Assembly (NCBI GenBank): GCA_041424275.1
Contig: JBGMOF010000037.1
Span: 96,790 to 126,789, forward strand
Direction: 5' to 3'
DNA from: Variovorax sp.
GTDB lineage: Bacteria; Pseudomonadota; Gammaproteobacteria; Burkholderiales; Burkholderiaceae_C
DNA length: 30,000 bases
Part shown: piece by piece, positions 1 through 7,264 of the stretch
Layout of the letters: every line of letters starts with the position of its first letter
Numbering within the stretch: the stretch's first letter is position 1
Notes under the pieces: generated by a model
Told to the model about the DNA's origin: nothing
The model's input: only the letters and a program-made list of their open reading frames with translations
Database searches by the model: none
Program-made: the position numbers and the translations under genes

Positions 1-504
1 CATGAAGAACGGCCGTGGATATCTCTGCCTATCCTTCTCGGCGTGAATCACTCGCACCGACGTGATGTTCTCTGGATGCTGATCCCGGTTTCGGGCCAAC
101 ACCACCTGCTCGATGATCCCAAGGTCCGCCGGGCATTCACTCCAGTCGATGCCCGCGCACGAGGCCAGGCAAGCGCGATAGCCACCGACAATCCCTTCGT
201 TCTTGAACTCGGCCTTGAAGGCCTTGCCGCAGTTCAGGCGCAGGTTGCGTTCCCAGGTCCTGAAGTAGAGCTGCAGAGATGCCGACAGCATGGACAGGCA
301 ACAGCGGCCAGTGACTTCCCGCAGTTCGTCCGCATCGATCCACTCGCTGATAAACGGCGGCTCCCCATCTTCGCTGTAGGGAGGCACATAGGGTTCTTCC
401 TCCGCTTCGATCTTTCGGATGATCTCGTTGAACGGACTCGTCCCATGCTCGTAAAACTGGCGGATGAGGCGCGTACGATCTTTCAAGAAGAACAGAACAT
501 CCAT
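1..504 (-). CDS. Hypothetical protein, N-terminal 168 codons; the 3' end runs off the left edge of the window
   Basis: Hand translation of the minus strand from the ATG at 504-502 is stop-free down to position 1 (MDVLFFLKDRTRLIRQFYEHGTSPFNEIIRKIEAEEEPYVPPYSEDGEPPFISEWIDADELREV...). A strong SD (GGAAGGAG) lies about 5 nt upstream. In-frame sequence upstream of 504 is Arg/Pro-rich and not protein-like. It is absent from the ORF track only because no stop lies in the window. I cannot assign a family. Confidence 0.6.
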   Translation of the reverse strand, partial: MDVLFFLKDRTRLIRQFYEHGTSPFNEIIRKIEAEEEPYVPPYSEDGEPPFISEWIDADELREVTGRCCLSMLSASLQLYFRTWERNLRLNCGKAFKAEFKNEGIVGGYRACLASCAGIDWSECPADLGIIEQVVLARNRDQHPENITSVRVIHAEKDRQRYPRPFFM

Positions 505-654
505 GCTCACTCCTTCCTTGACGACGGTGGCGCACTCGCGCTCGATGCGACGGCGGCCACCGACGAGCAACGGCGGTCCATCACGTTCAGGACGACGACT
601 CGGCCGCGAGGCTGCAGCCGTACAGGCCACTCTGCAAGCCCACAATAGCGGCTG

Positions 655-1491
655 ATGCGCACATACGCCGTCGCGCCCATACCCTACGCATCCTACAGCT
701 CTGCCATGCCCACTACTAACCCGCCAAAAGCGCGTGCTGGCTCGCGCTCTGTCATCAGACGCTCCAAACCCGAAGACATCGCGCCAATCCGTTCCTGGTT
801 GGAGGCGGAAGATGCTGCTGGCGTGCACGGCAACTTTCTTTGCAACTGGTCCGTCATTGCACGAGCCCATGAGGACCAAGAGCTGCTTGTGTACGTAGAC
901 GGCAAGACTGGACTGCCAGTTGCCTTCCAACTCGGGCGCCTGCTGCAGTCAGGAATCCTGCAAGTCAAGCAAGACTTCCGAGGCCGGGGAATCGGCAAGA
1001 AGATGGTTGCGTACTGCGTCAATCTCGCCCGACGCAAGGGCGAGGATCTCCTGGTCATTCAATGCAAGCCGTCTTCATCGATTCCGTTTTGGCAGCGCAT
1101 GGGCTTCACGCTGATCCCTGATAGTGAACCGCCGAACAAAGCCTATAGAGTCTTGGAGCGAAGGCATGACCTGCCCGCAGTCGGCAAGCCTGTAGAAGTA
1201 GTCATTCGGTTCTATCCGGAGGAAAGAAAATGGCTAGATGCCTGCCCTACGCTCGTGCAGCTTGCGGCGTCAGGGAAGGAATTGCCGGACGGCGTGATCC
1301 AGCTCGACCGCCGAATTTCCTTTCATGAAGACGCCTACCCACTCGCCCGAGATGTCGTTGTCGAGGCTGAGGCCAATGGAATTCGCCAGTTCATCGACAA
1401 GGCCAAATACCGCGAACTTCAACAACGCGGCGTCACACGGTGCAGGAATGGATGGTTCATTGACCAGATTCGCCCCGAAGAAAGTCATTGA
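655..1491 (+). CDS. GNAT-family N-acetyltransferase domain protein with an uncharacterised C-terminal extension of about 125 aa
   Basis: 278-aa ORF. The GNAT motif A is present (QVKQDFRGRGIGKKMV), followed by ...PFWQRMGF at the end of the fold. Residues about 150-278 match no motif I recognise. The start is uncertain (ATG 655 or ATG 706), and neither has a clear SD. Confidence 0.65.
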   Translation: MRTYAVAPIPYASYSSAMPTTNPPKARAGSRSVIRRSKPEDIAPIRSWLEAEDAAGVHGNFLCNWSVIARAHEDQELLVYVDGKTGLPVAFQLGRLLQSGILQVKQDFRGRGIGKKMVAYCVNLARRKGEDLLVIQCKPSSSIPFWQRMGFTLIPDSEPPNKAYRVLERRHDLPAVGKPVEVVIRFYPEERKWLDACPTLVQLAASGKELPDGVIQLDRRISFHEDAYPLARDVVVEAEANGIRQFIDKAKYRELQQRGVTRCRNGWFIDQIRPEESH

Positions 1492-1546
1492 TCCATCGCT
1501 TCGCCGCAGTCTTTTCAGAGCGAGTTGCATCCGCGACGCGCAGGCG

Positions 1547-1807
1547 TCACCCACCCGGGAGCGGTTTGCTCACAGCAGGGGGAGCGATTCGTTTGTGCCC
1601 CATCGTCCTGAACCCCCGATCCCGCGCCATGAACGCCTCCAGCATGTGCGGCACCAGCGCAGCGGCATCGACCCGCTCGCCGTAGGTCTGCGCGTGCAGC
1701 GCCGCATAGCGGTCCAGCGTCGCCTTCAGCTCCGCCGACAAGGTAACCGTGAGCTTGACCGGTTCGGTCTTGGGCAGCGGCCCGAGGCGAAGCTTGGCCG
1801 TGCTCAT
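1547..1807 (-). CDS. DUF2274 domain protein (conserved last gene of the trb operon in Tn4371-type ICEs)
   Basis: 86 aa, MSTAKLRLGPLPKTEPVKLTVTLSAELKATLDRYAALHAQTYGE... The start overlaps the trbI stop (ATGA at 1804-1807). Confidence 0.8.
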   Translation of the reverse strand: MSTAKLRLGPLPKTEPVKLTVTLSAELKATLDRYAALHAQTYGERVDAAALVPHMLEAFMARDRGFRTMGHKRIAPPAVSKPLPGG

Positions 1808-3075
1808 TGCGATGAACCCCGGGTGAAAAACAAGGGCTGGTAGGGCCTCAGGATCAGATCCTTGTTGACCATCACCCGCATTGGGAAACCCGGCCGGATC
1901 GTGAGCGTCGGCTGAACGCTGAGGTTGCGCTTGGTGATCTCCTGGCCGACCTGGTTCACCGTGTCCTGCGCGCTCTCCCGGCCGGCGATGATCACGCGGT
2001 CGCCGGTACCGCCGCTGTTCGTGCGGGTCTCAGGCGCGGCCAGTTCGGCGCCCACACCGAGCAGCGTGGACAGCGCCGCGCCAGCGAGGATGCGGTCCCA
2101 GTGCCAATCAACGCCATCCTCCAGGCCAGCGTAGCCGGCCGGGTCGATGCCCGGCAGCCGGTCCAGCGCCACCGATGACGTGTCCGGCAGGATCAGCCGC
2201 GTCCACACCAGCAGCACGCGCCGCTGTCCGAAGGCAACCTGGCTGTCGTAGCGCCCGATCAGGCGCGAGCCCTGCGGGATCAGCAGGTAGCGGCCCGTGG
2301 CGGTGTCGTAAACCGCCTCGGTCACGTTGGCGATCACCTGCCCCGGCAGGTCGGAGTTGATCCCTGTCACCAGCGCGGCCGGGATGATGGTGCCGGCCAT
2401 GACCTGGTACGGCGAAGCCGGGGGCTGAAGACTTCCGGGATTGCGCGTGGCCGCGTCGCCCGCCTTGGCGACGAAGGACTCTTTTTGGTCTTGGCGGTTC
2501 TGCACGGCGGTGGGGTCGGCCGGCTGCGCCGGCGCTGCAGGCGCCAGGGCGCCGGCCAGCGCGTCGAAGGGCTGCACGGCGCGGGCCGCGCCAGCAGCCA
2601 TGGCCTGAGCGGGCTTGGCTCCCGGGTTACCGCCGGTCGCGCGGAAGAACACCCCCGAGCGTGCCGCCTCCTCGGCCGCCAGTTGCGCCGCATGCGCCGG
2701 ATCAACGCCACCGCCCGGCACCCGCGTGTCCATCGGCTGCTGCGACTTCACGATGGCCGGCCCCAGGTCGCCCGGCAGCGGCACACCCAATTGAGGCACC
2801 GCGGACCGTGCGGGTAGCCCAGCGTAGTCCTTGGGCAACTGGTCCAGGCTCTCGGCCTTGGCGACGCGATCGACGTTGTACAGCTCGGCGGCCGGGTTGC
2901 GTTCGCGCTTGTGCGGCTGCAGCGACCACATCGTCGCACCGAGCACCACGGCGGCCAGCGCGCCGACGAGCACGGCCAGCATGCGGCGGTTCAGGCGCAC
3001 CACCGGGCGCGGCGTCGCGCGCAACGTCATCGCCTCCGGATCGGCCTTGGGCGGAACGGCGGCGGACTCGCTCAT
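1804..3075 (-). CDS. trbI: Conjugal transfer protein TrbI (VirB10-like)
   Basis: 423 aa with an N-terminal TM segment (MLAVLVGALAAVVLGATMW), a Pro/Ala-rich linker and a conserved C-terminal VirB10 core (...GTIIPAALVTGINSDLPGQV...). ATGA overlap with the trbG stop. Confidence 0.9.
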   Translation of the reverse strand: MSESAAVPPKADPEAMTLRATPRPVVRLNRRMLAVLVGALAAVVLGATMWSLQPHKRERNPAAELYNVDRVAKAESLDQLPKDYAGLPARSAVPQLGVPLPGDLGPAIVKSQQPMDTRVPGGGVDPAHAAQLAAEEAARSGVFFRATGGNPGAKPAQAMAAGAARAVQPFDALAGALAPAAPAQPADPTAVQNRQDQKESFVAKAGDAATRNPGSLQPPASPYQVMAGTIIPAALVTGINSDLPGQVIANVTEAVYDTATGRYLLIPQGSRLIGRYDSQVAFGQRRVLLVWTRLILPDTSSVALDRLPGIDPAGYAGLEDGVDWHWDRILAGAALSTLLGVGAELAAPETRTNSGGTGDRVIIAGRESAQDTVNQVGQEITKRNLSVQPTLTIRPGFPMRVMVNKDLILRPYQPLFFTRGSSQ

Positions 3076-4124
3076 GATCCGCTGCTCCCCGCTCCACTAC
3101 CAGATGCCCGCGACACGCCGTCGGTGCGCTCGATGCGCACCACCTCGGCCTTGCCGCCTTTACCGCCACCTCCATAGCCGCCCAGGCGCAGCTCGGCCGC
3201 GCCGAACAACCGGTCCACCACGTAGTACGGCGCTCGAAAGCGGTAGTTCACGAGCTGGCCGTCGCCCTGCGGGCCGATCACGAACAGCGGCGGCAGCTCG
3301 CCCTGCGCGATGCCGCCGGGAAACTGGATGTAGACCTTCTGCCCGTCATCGAAGGCGCGCAACGGCTTCCACGGCGGGCTGTCACCGCTGATGTCATAGC
3401 GGAAGCGGATGCTCTCCAACGACAGGCCGGCATCCACGGGCGCCGCGGCCTGCGCCTCGCGCGCCTGCTTCTGCAGCGCCAGCATGCGGTCCTTCGGGTA
3501 GTCCCAGGACGCGGACGCCATCCAGGCCTGCGGCGTCGAGGACAGTTCGACCAGGTAGGTGCGCCGGTTGGTCGTGATGACCATGTTGGTCTTCAAGCCC
3601 GTGCGGGTGGGCTTGACCATCACATTCACGCGCAGCGTCGATCCAGCGCCACTCGCGGTATCGCCAACGACCCAGCGCACGGTGTCGCCGGCCGAGACCG
3701 TCACCAGTTCCTCGCCCTCTTGCAGCGCGATGACGGTGACGCGGCCAGGGCTCGTATAGACCTGGTACAGCGCGCCGTCGGTGAAAGGCCAGACCTGGAT
3801 CGCGTTGACGTAGCCCTCGCGCGAAGGTGCGATGCGCGCGTCGTCGTTGGCCTTGGACACGCGCAGCTTCTCGTCGGCCGGCTCAGGTGCCGGCGGCGGT
3901 CCGCCGGCCGCAGGCAGTGCCTTCATCTGAGCCGGCAGCGGCAAGGGCTTGGGCACCTCCACCACTTCGACGGGTACGGGCGGATCGGGCAGGCGCCGCG
4001 CCTGCACGGGTTCGTCCAGCGTGATGGTCGGCGGCGGATTGCCCTGCGAGGCGCAGCCGGTGAGCCCTGCAATCAGCAGAGCCGGAAACACGTAAAGGCG
4101 CAACTGAGGATTCGTCGGGTTCAT
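3072..4124 (-). CDS. trbG: Conjugal transfer protein TrbG (VirB9-like), lipoprotein
   Basis: 350 aa with a lipobox (LIAGLTGCASQ). Position between trbF and trbI. ATGA overlaps on both sides. Confidence 0.9.
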   Translation of the reverse strand: MNPTNPQLRLYVFPALLIAGLTGCASQGNPPPTITLDEPVQARRLPDPPVPVEVVEVPKPLPLPAQMKALPAAGGPPPAPEPADEKLRVSKANDDARIAPSREGYVNAIQVWPFTDGALYQVYTSPGRVTVIALQEGEELVTVSAGDTVRWVVGDTASGAGSTLRVNVMVKPTRTGLKTNMVITTNRRTYLVELSSTPQAWMASASWDYPKDRMLALQKQAREAQAAAPVDAGLSLESIRFRYDISGDSPPWKPLRAFDDGQKVYIQFPGGIAQGELPPLFVIGPQGDGQLVNYRFRAPYYVVDRLFGAAELRLGGYGGGGKGGKAEVVRIERTDGVSRASGSGAGSSGS

Positions 4125-4828
4125 GGTTTCTTCACTCCTTCGTTCGCATCAAGTTCGCGGCTCCACGACAGACCGTTGACGTAGATGCCCAGGGGGTTCT
4201 TGCGCAGCCGTTCCTCGGTGCGCGGCGGCTGCAGCACGATGGACAGCACCGCAGTCCAGCGTTCGGTGGTGGACGGCGAGCCGTTGACGTAAGCGCGCTC
4301 GATCCAGCGCACCTGGAACGAGGAGTCGCTGGCACGCACGACGCTGGTCACTTCCACCGCCACCGAGTTCTGACCGATGCGCGAGAACGGGTCGTTGGTG
4401 CGGGCATAGTCGTTGAGCGTGGCCGCGCCCCGGTCGGTGGCGTAGTCGTAGGCTTCCAGCCAGTTGCGCCGCACGACGATGGGATCGATGGAGAGAGACC
4501 GCACGTCGGCGATAAAGCGGGCCAGGTGGTGCGCGATCTGCGCATCGCCCGGCCGGTACGGCGTGGCGGCCTCGCCGACCGTGCGCACTTGGCCTGCCTG
4601 GTCCACCTCGATCACGTAGGGCGTGACGATGGACTGCGCCGAGCGCCACACGAGGCCGCCGGCCATGAGCAGCGCCAGCGTGAGGGAGCCGAAGGCCATC
4701 AGACGCCAGTTCTTCGCCTGCACGCGGGCCGAGCCGATGCGCTCGTCCCACACCTGCGCGGCGGCCTGGTACGGGGTGACGGGCGCCGGCGTGTCGGAGT
4801 AGCGCACCTGGGGTCGTTTGAATCGCAT
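4121..4828 (-). CDS. trbF: Conjugal transfer protein TrbF (VirB8-like)
   Basis: I place the real start at ATG 4828 (MRFKRPQVRYSDTPAPVTPYQAAAQVWDERIG...), with SD AAGGAGA 7 nt upstream. It has a single TM segment (MAFGSLTLALLMAGGLVW). The longer track ORF (to 5440) is an Arg/Pro-rich extension overlapping trbL. Confidence 0.9.
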   Translation of the reverse strand: MRFKRPQVRYSDTPAPVTPYQAAAQVWDERIGSARVQAKNWRLMAFGSLTLALLMAGGLVWRSAQSIVTPYVIEVDQAGQVRTVGEAATPYRPGDAQIAHHLARFIADVRSLSIDPIVVRRNWLEAYDYATDRGAATLNDYARTNDPFSRIGQNSVAVEVTSVVRASDSSFQVRWIERAYVNGSPSTTERWTAVLSIVLQPPRTEERLRKNPLGIYVNGLSWSRELDANEGVKKP

Positions 4829-4850
4829 GAAGGGTTCTCCTTGGCTGTCC

Positions 4851-6224
4851 TTAACTGTCATCCCGCAGGCTGGGGCTGGCACCACTGCCACCGCTGTCAC
4901 CCGAGCGCAGCGTGTGGGCCGCCACGGTCGCGCCGTGCGCGAGGCGCTGGTGACGCTGGAGGCGTTGCGCCCAAGCGGGCGGCGCGCTGGACGCGGCGGG
5001 CGCTTCGGCCGATGCCCCCGCGGGGGCCGCCGCAGCCGTCGGCGGCGCGGCCGCCTCGGAAACGAAGTTCGCCACCCGGTCGCGCACGGCCTTAGCGCCC
5101 GACGCGACGCGTTCACCGACCGCCCCGGCGCCGCTGCGTGCGACGTTGGCCAGGCCCGCGCCGGCAGCGCGCAGGCCACTGGCACCCGAGGCCGCAGCAC
5201 CGGCCTCATAGGCCGAGCGCGCTCCGCTGGCGAGCGTGCTGGCCGAACGGCCGGCAGCCGCCGCCCCGCCGATCGCGCTGCGCGCCGCGCCGGGCGCCAT
5301 GCGCGCACCGGCCGCGACCGCTGCACCAGCGCCGGCCACGGCCGCGCCACCGGCGACCGCGAGCCCTGCCCCGCCGACCAGCGTCCCAGCCGCAGCGCCG
5401 GCACTGAGCTGCGGCGCGCCGGACACCAGCCCGGTGGCAATACCCGGCCCGAAGATGCCCAGGCCGAACAGCGCGAGCGAGGCCAGCATGATGGTGAGCG
5501 CGTGATCGATGCTCGGCTCGGTGCCCGGTGGCGCCGTGAACTCGCCGAACAGCCCCGTGCCGATGCCGACGATCACGGCCAGCACCAGCACCTTGATCCC
5601 TGAGGACACCACATTGCCCAGCACCCGCTCGGCCAGGAACGAGGTCTTGTTCCACAGCGCGAAGGGCACCAGCACGAAGCCCGCGAGCGTGGTCAGCTTG
5701 AATTCGATCAGCGTCACGAAGAGCTGCACCGCGAGCACGAAGAAGCTCACGATGACCACCAGCCAGGCGAGGCCCAGCACGATGATCACATCGAGGTTGG
5801 CGAAAATCTCGGGGAAGCCCGTCAGGTCGCCTATCTGCGTCATGATGGGCCGCCCGGCGTCGATGCCGACCTGGGCAAGGCGGCCCGGCTGCAGCAGCTG
5901 CGCCTGCGTCAGCGCCGAGCCGGAAGCCGTGAGGCCCAGGCCCGCGAACGAGCGGAAGACGATGCCCGCAAGCGCGTTGAAGTTGCCGATGATGTAGGCG
6001 AAGGCACCGACGTAGAGCACTTTCTTGATCAGCTTGGCGATCACGTCGTCGCCGCTACCGCCGCTTGCGTTGCTCATGGCCCAGAACAGGCCGGCGAGCG
6101 TCATGTCGATCAGCACCAGCGTTGCAGTCAGGAACGCGACCTCGCCGCCGAGCAGGCCGAAGCCCGAGTCGATGTAGCGCGAGAAAACGTCGAGGAAGCG
6201 GTCGATGACGCCAACGTCGTTCAT
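4851..6224 (-). CDS. trbL: Conjugal transfer protein TrbL (VirB6-like) with an Ala/Gly-rich C-terminal tail
   Basis: Start at ATG 6224 (MNDVGVIDRFLDVFSRYIDSGFGLLGGEVAF...). Multiple TM segments and a long low-complexity A/G tail. The track ORF up to 7196 is a spurious upstream extension. Confidence 0.9.
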   Translation of the reverse strand: MNDVGVIDRFLDVFSRYIDSGFGLLGGEVAFLTATLVLIDMTLAGLFWAMSNASGGSGDDVIAKLIKKVLYVGAFAYIIGNFNALAGIVFRSFAGLGLTASGSALTQAQLLQPGRLAQVGIDAGRPIMTQIGDLTGFPEIFANLDVIIVLGLAWLVVIVSFFVLAVQLFVTLIEFKLTTLAGFVLVPFALWNKTSFLAERVLGNVVSSGIKVLVLAVIVGIGTGLFGEFTAPPGTEPSIDHALTIMLASLALFGLGIFGPGIATGLVSGAPQLSAGAAAGTLVGGAGLAVAGGAAVAGAGAAVAAGARMAPGAARSAIGGAAAAGRSASTLASGARSAYEAGAAASGASGLRAAGAGLANVARSGAGAVGERVASGAKAVRDRVANFVSEAAAPPTAAAAPAGASAEAPAASSAPPAWAQRLQRHQRLAHGATVAAHTLRSGDSGGSGASPSLRDDS

Positions 6225-6228
6225 GGCA

Positions 6229-6522
6229 TCAGTCCTTGGGCGCCGGAGGCACCGACGCGGCGGGCGGCGGCAAGGGCGGCTTGACCGGATCGCCGGCGTA
6301 AGGCGACTGCCCGCTACCCAAGAAGCGCCGCCGCGTGGCCTCGGACACGGCGTTGCACTGCGCATCGCCGACCTTGGCGTGGTCCGCCTTGCAGGCTTCG
6401 CGCAGCGCCCGAAGCCGCTCGGGATTGGCGACCAGCGATTCGACGCTCTCGATGGGTGGTGGCTTCTTCTCGCAAGCGGCCAGCGCCAGTGCGAACAGGC
6501 TGAGGATGAGGATTCGTCGCAT
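6229..6522 (-). CDS. Small lipoprotein between trbJ and trbL, probable entry-exclusion protein (TrbK-alt / EexN-like)
   Basis: 97 aa from ATG 6522, with SD AAGGAGA upstream. Lipobox LALAACE. Its position is characteristic of this ICE family. The functional call comes from position and architecture only. Confidence 0.65.
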   Translation of the reverse strand: MRRILILSLFALALAACEKKPPPIESVESLVANPERLRALREACKADHAKVGDAQCNAVSEATRRRFLGSGQSPYAGDPVKPPLPPPAASVPPAPKD

Positions 6523-6535
6523 GGTGGCCTCTCCT

Positions 6536-7264
6536 TCAGTTGCCGTAGAAGTTGACGGCGGCGGGCGTGTAGGGTGTGCCGTCGCCCTGGAAACGGCGGC
6601 GCACCTCGCGGGCGCGCTCCTGCACGGCGACCTGGCGCGCCTGCTCCAGCGCAGCCGCACGGTCCTGCGTGATCTGAAGCTGCTGGGCCTGGATGGACTG
6701 GCGCGACTGCAGCGCGAGCAGTTGGTTCGTCGCCTGCATCGCCTGAAGCGCGCCCACGGCCGACTGGCTGCGATTGACCAGGTCGGTCAGCGTGCGCTCG
6801 TCGGCGGCGAAGTTCTGCACTGCCTGCGACTGCACCTTGGTGGCGGTGCGCAGCGCTTCCAGAGAATTGCGCCAGCGCGAGCGCGCGTCGAGCGCCATCT
6901 GCGTGCCCGAGGTCGCTGCGGAGTACGACTCGGGATAGAGGCGGCGGAAGTCTGCCTCCATCTGCGAGACATTGAAAGCCAACCCCTGGGCCTGCTGGAT
7001 GAGCTGGTTCGTGGCAGACAGCGCGGCGCGCAACTCGGCCAGCGCGCTGAAGTCCAGGCCCGTCAGGTTCCGGGCCTGGTTGGTCAGCATCTGCGCCTCG
7101 TTCTGGAGCTGGCGGATCTGGTTGTTGATCTGCTCCAGCGTGCGCGCGGCAGTGAGGATGTTCTGCACGAGGTTGGTCGGGTCGATGACAACCCATTGCG
7201 CGTGTACGCCGGGTGCGAGCGCGGTGAGGATGGCCGCGACGGCGGCCAGCAAGGTCTTCTTCAT
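6536..7264 (-). CDS. trbJ: Conjugal transfer protein TrbJ (VirB5-like)
   Basis: 242 aa from ATG 7264 (MKKTLLAAVAAILTALAPGVHAQ, a signal peptide). Gln-rich coiled-coil-like body. The start overlaps the trbE stop (ATGA). Confidence 0.9.
   Translation of the reverse strand: MKKTLLAAVAAILTALAPGVHAQWVVIDPTNLVQNILTAARTLEQINNQIRQLQNEAQMLTNQARNLTGLDFSALAELRAALSATNQLIQQAQGLAFNVSQMEADFRRLYPESYSAATSGTQMALDARSRWRNSLEALRTATKVQSQAVQNFAADERTLTDLVNRSQSAVGALQAMQATNQLLALQSRQSIQAQQLQITQDRAAALEQARQVAVQERAREVRRRFQGDGTPYTPAAVNFYGN

Noticed and set aside
43-648. 201-aa plus-strand ORF at the left edge (plus the minus-strand ORFs 137-535 and 234-446).
   Set aside because: The composition is His/Arg/Ala-rich and not protein-like, and there is no SD. 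The same DNA carries a much better minus-strand frame (1-504) with a strong SD and protein-like sequence. I treat these ORFs as shadow frames.
655-1491. The GNAT protein as a type II toxin (TacT/AtaT/KacT-like) of a toxin-antitoxin pair.
   Set aside because: It is about 100 aa longer than those toxins. It has no small RHH or antitoxin gene upstream in an operon arrangement, and its neighbour is divergent and large. There is no positive evidence for the idea.
1300-1560. Search for the ICE right end (the Tn4371-type 8-bp TTTTTCAT-like att core) just beyond DUF2274.
   Set aside because: The only near match (CCTTTCAT at about 1318-1325) lies inside the GNAT coding sequence. The 55-bp gap at 1492-1546 has no such core and no convincing inverted repeat. 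The element boundary cannot be called from this window.
4829-5440. N-terminal extensions of track ORFs: trbF to 5440, trbL to 7196, trbJ to 7771, trbE to 9831, trbC to 10824, traG to 14133, and crotonase to 20665.
   Set aside because: The extensions are Arg/Pro-rich and overlap the preceding gene. Internal ATGs with SD sequences or ATGA coupling give proteins of canonical length with proper signal peptides or TM segments.
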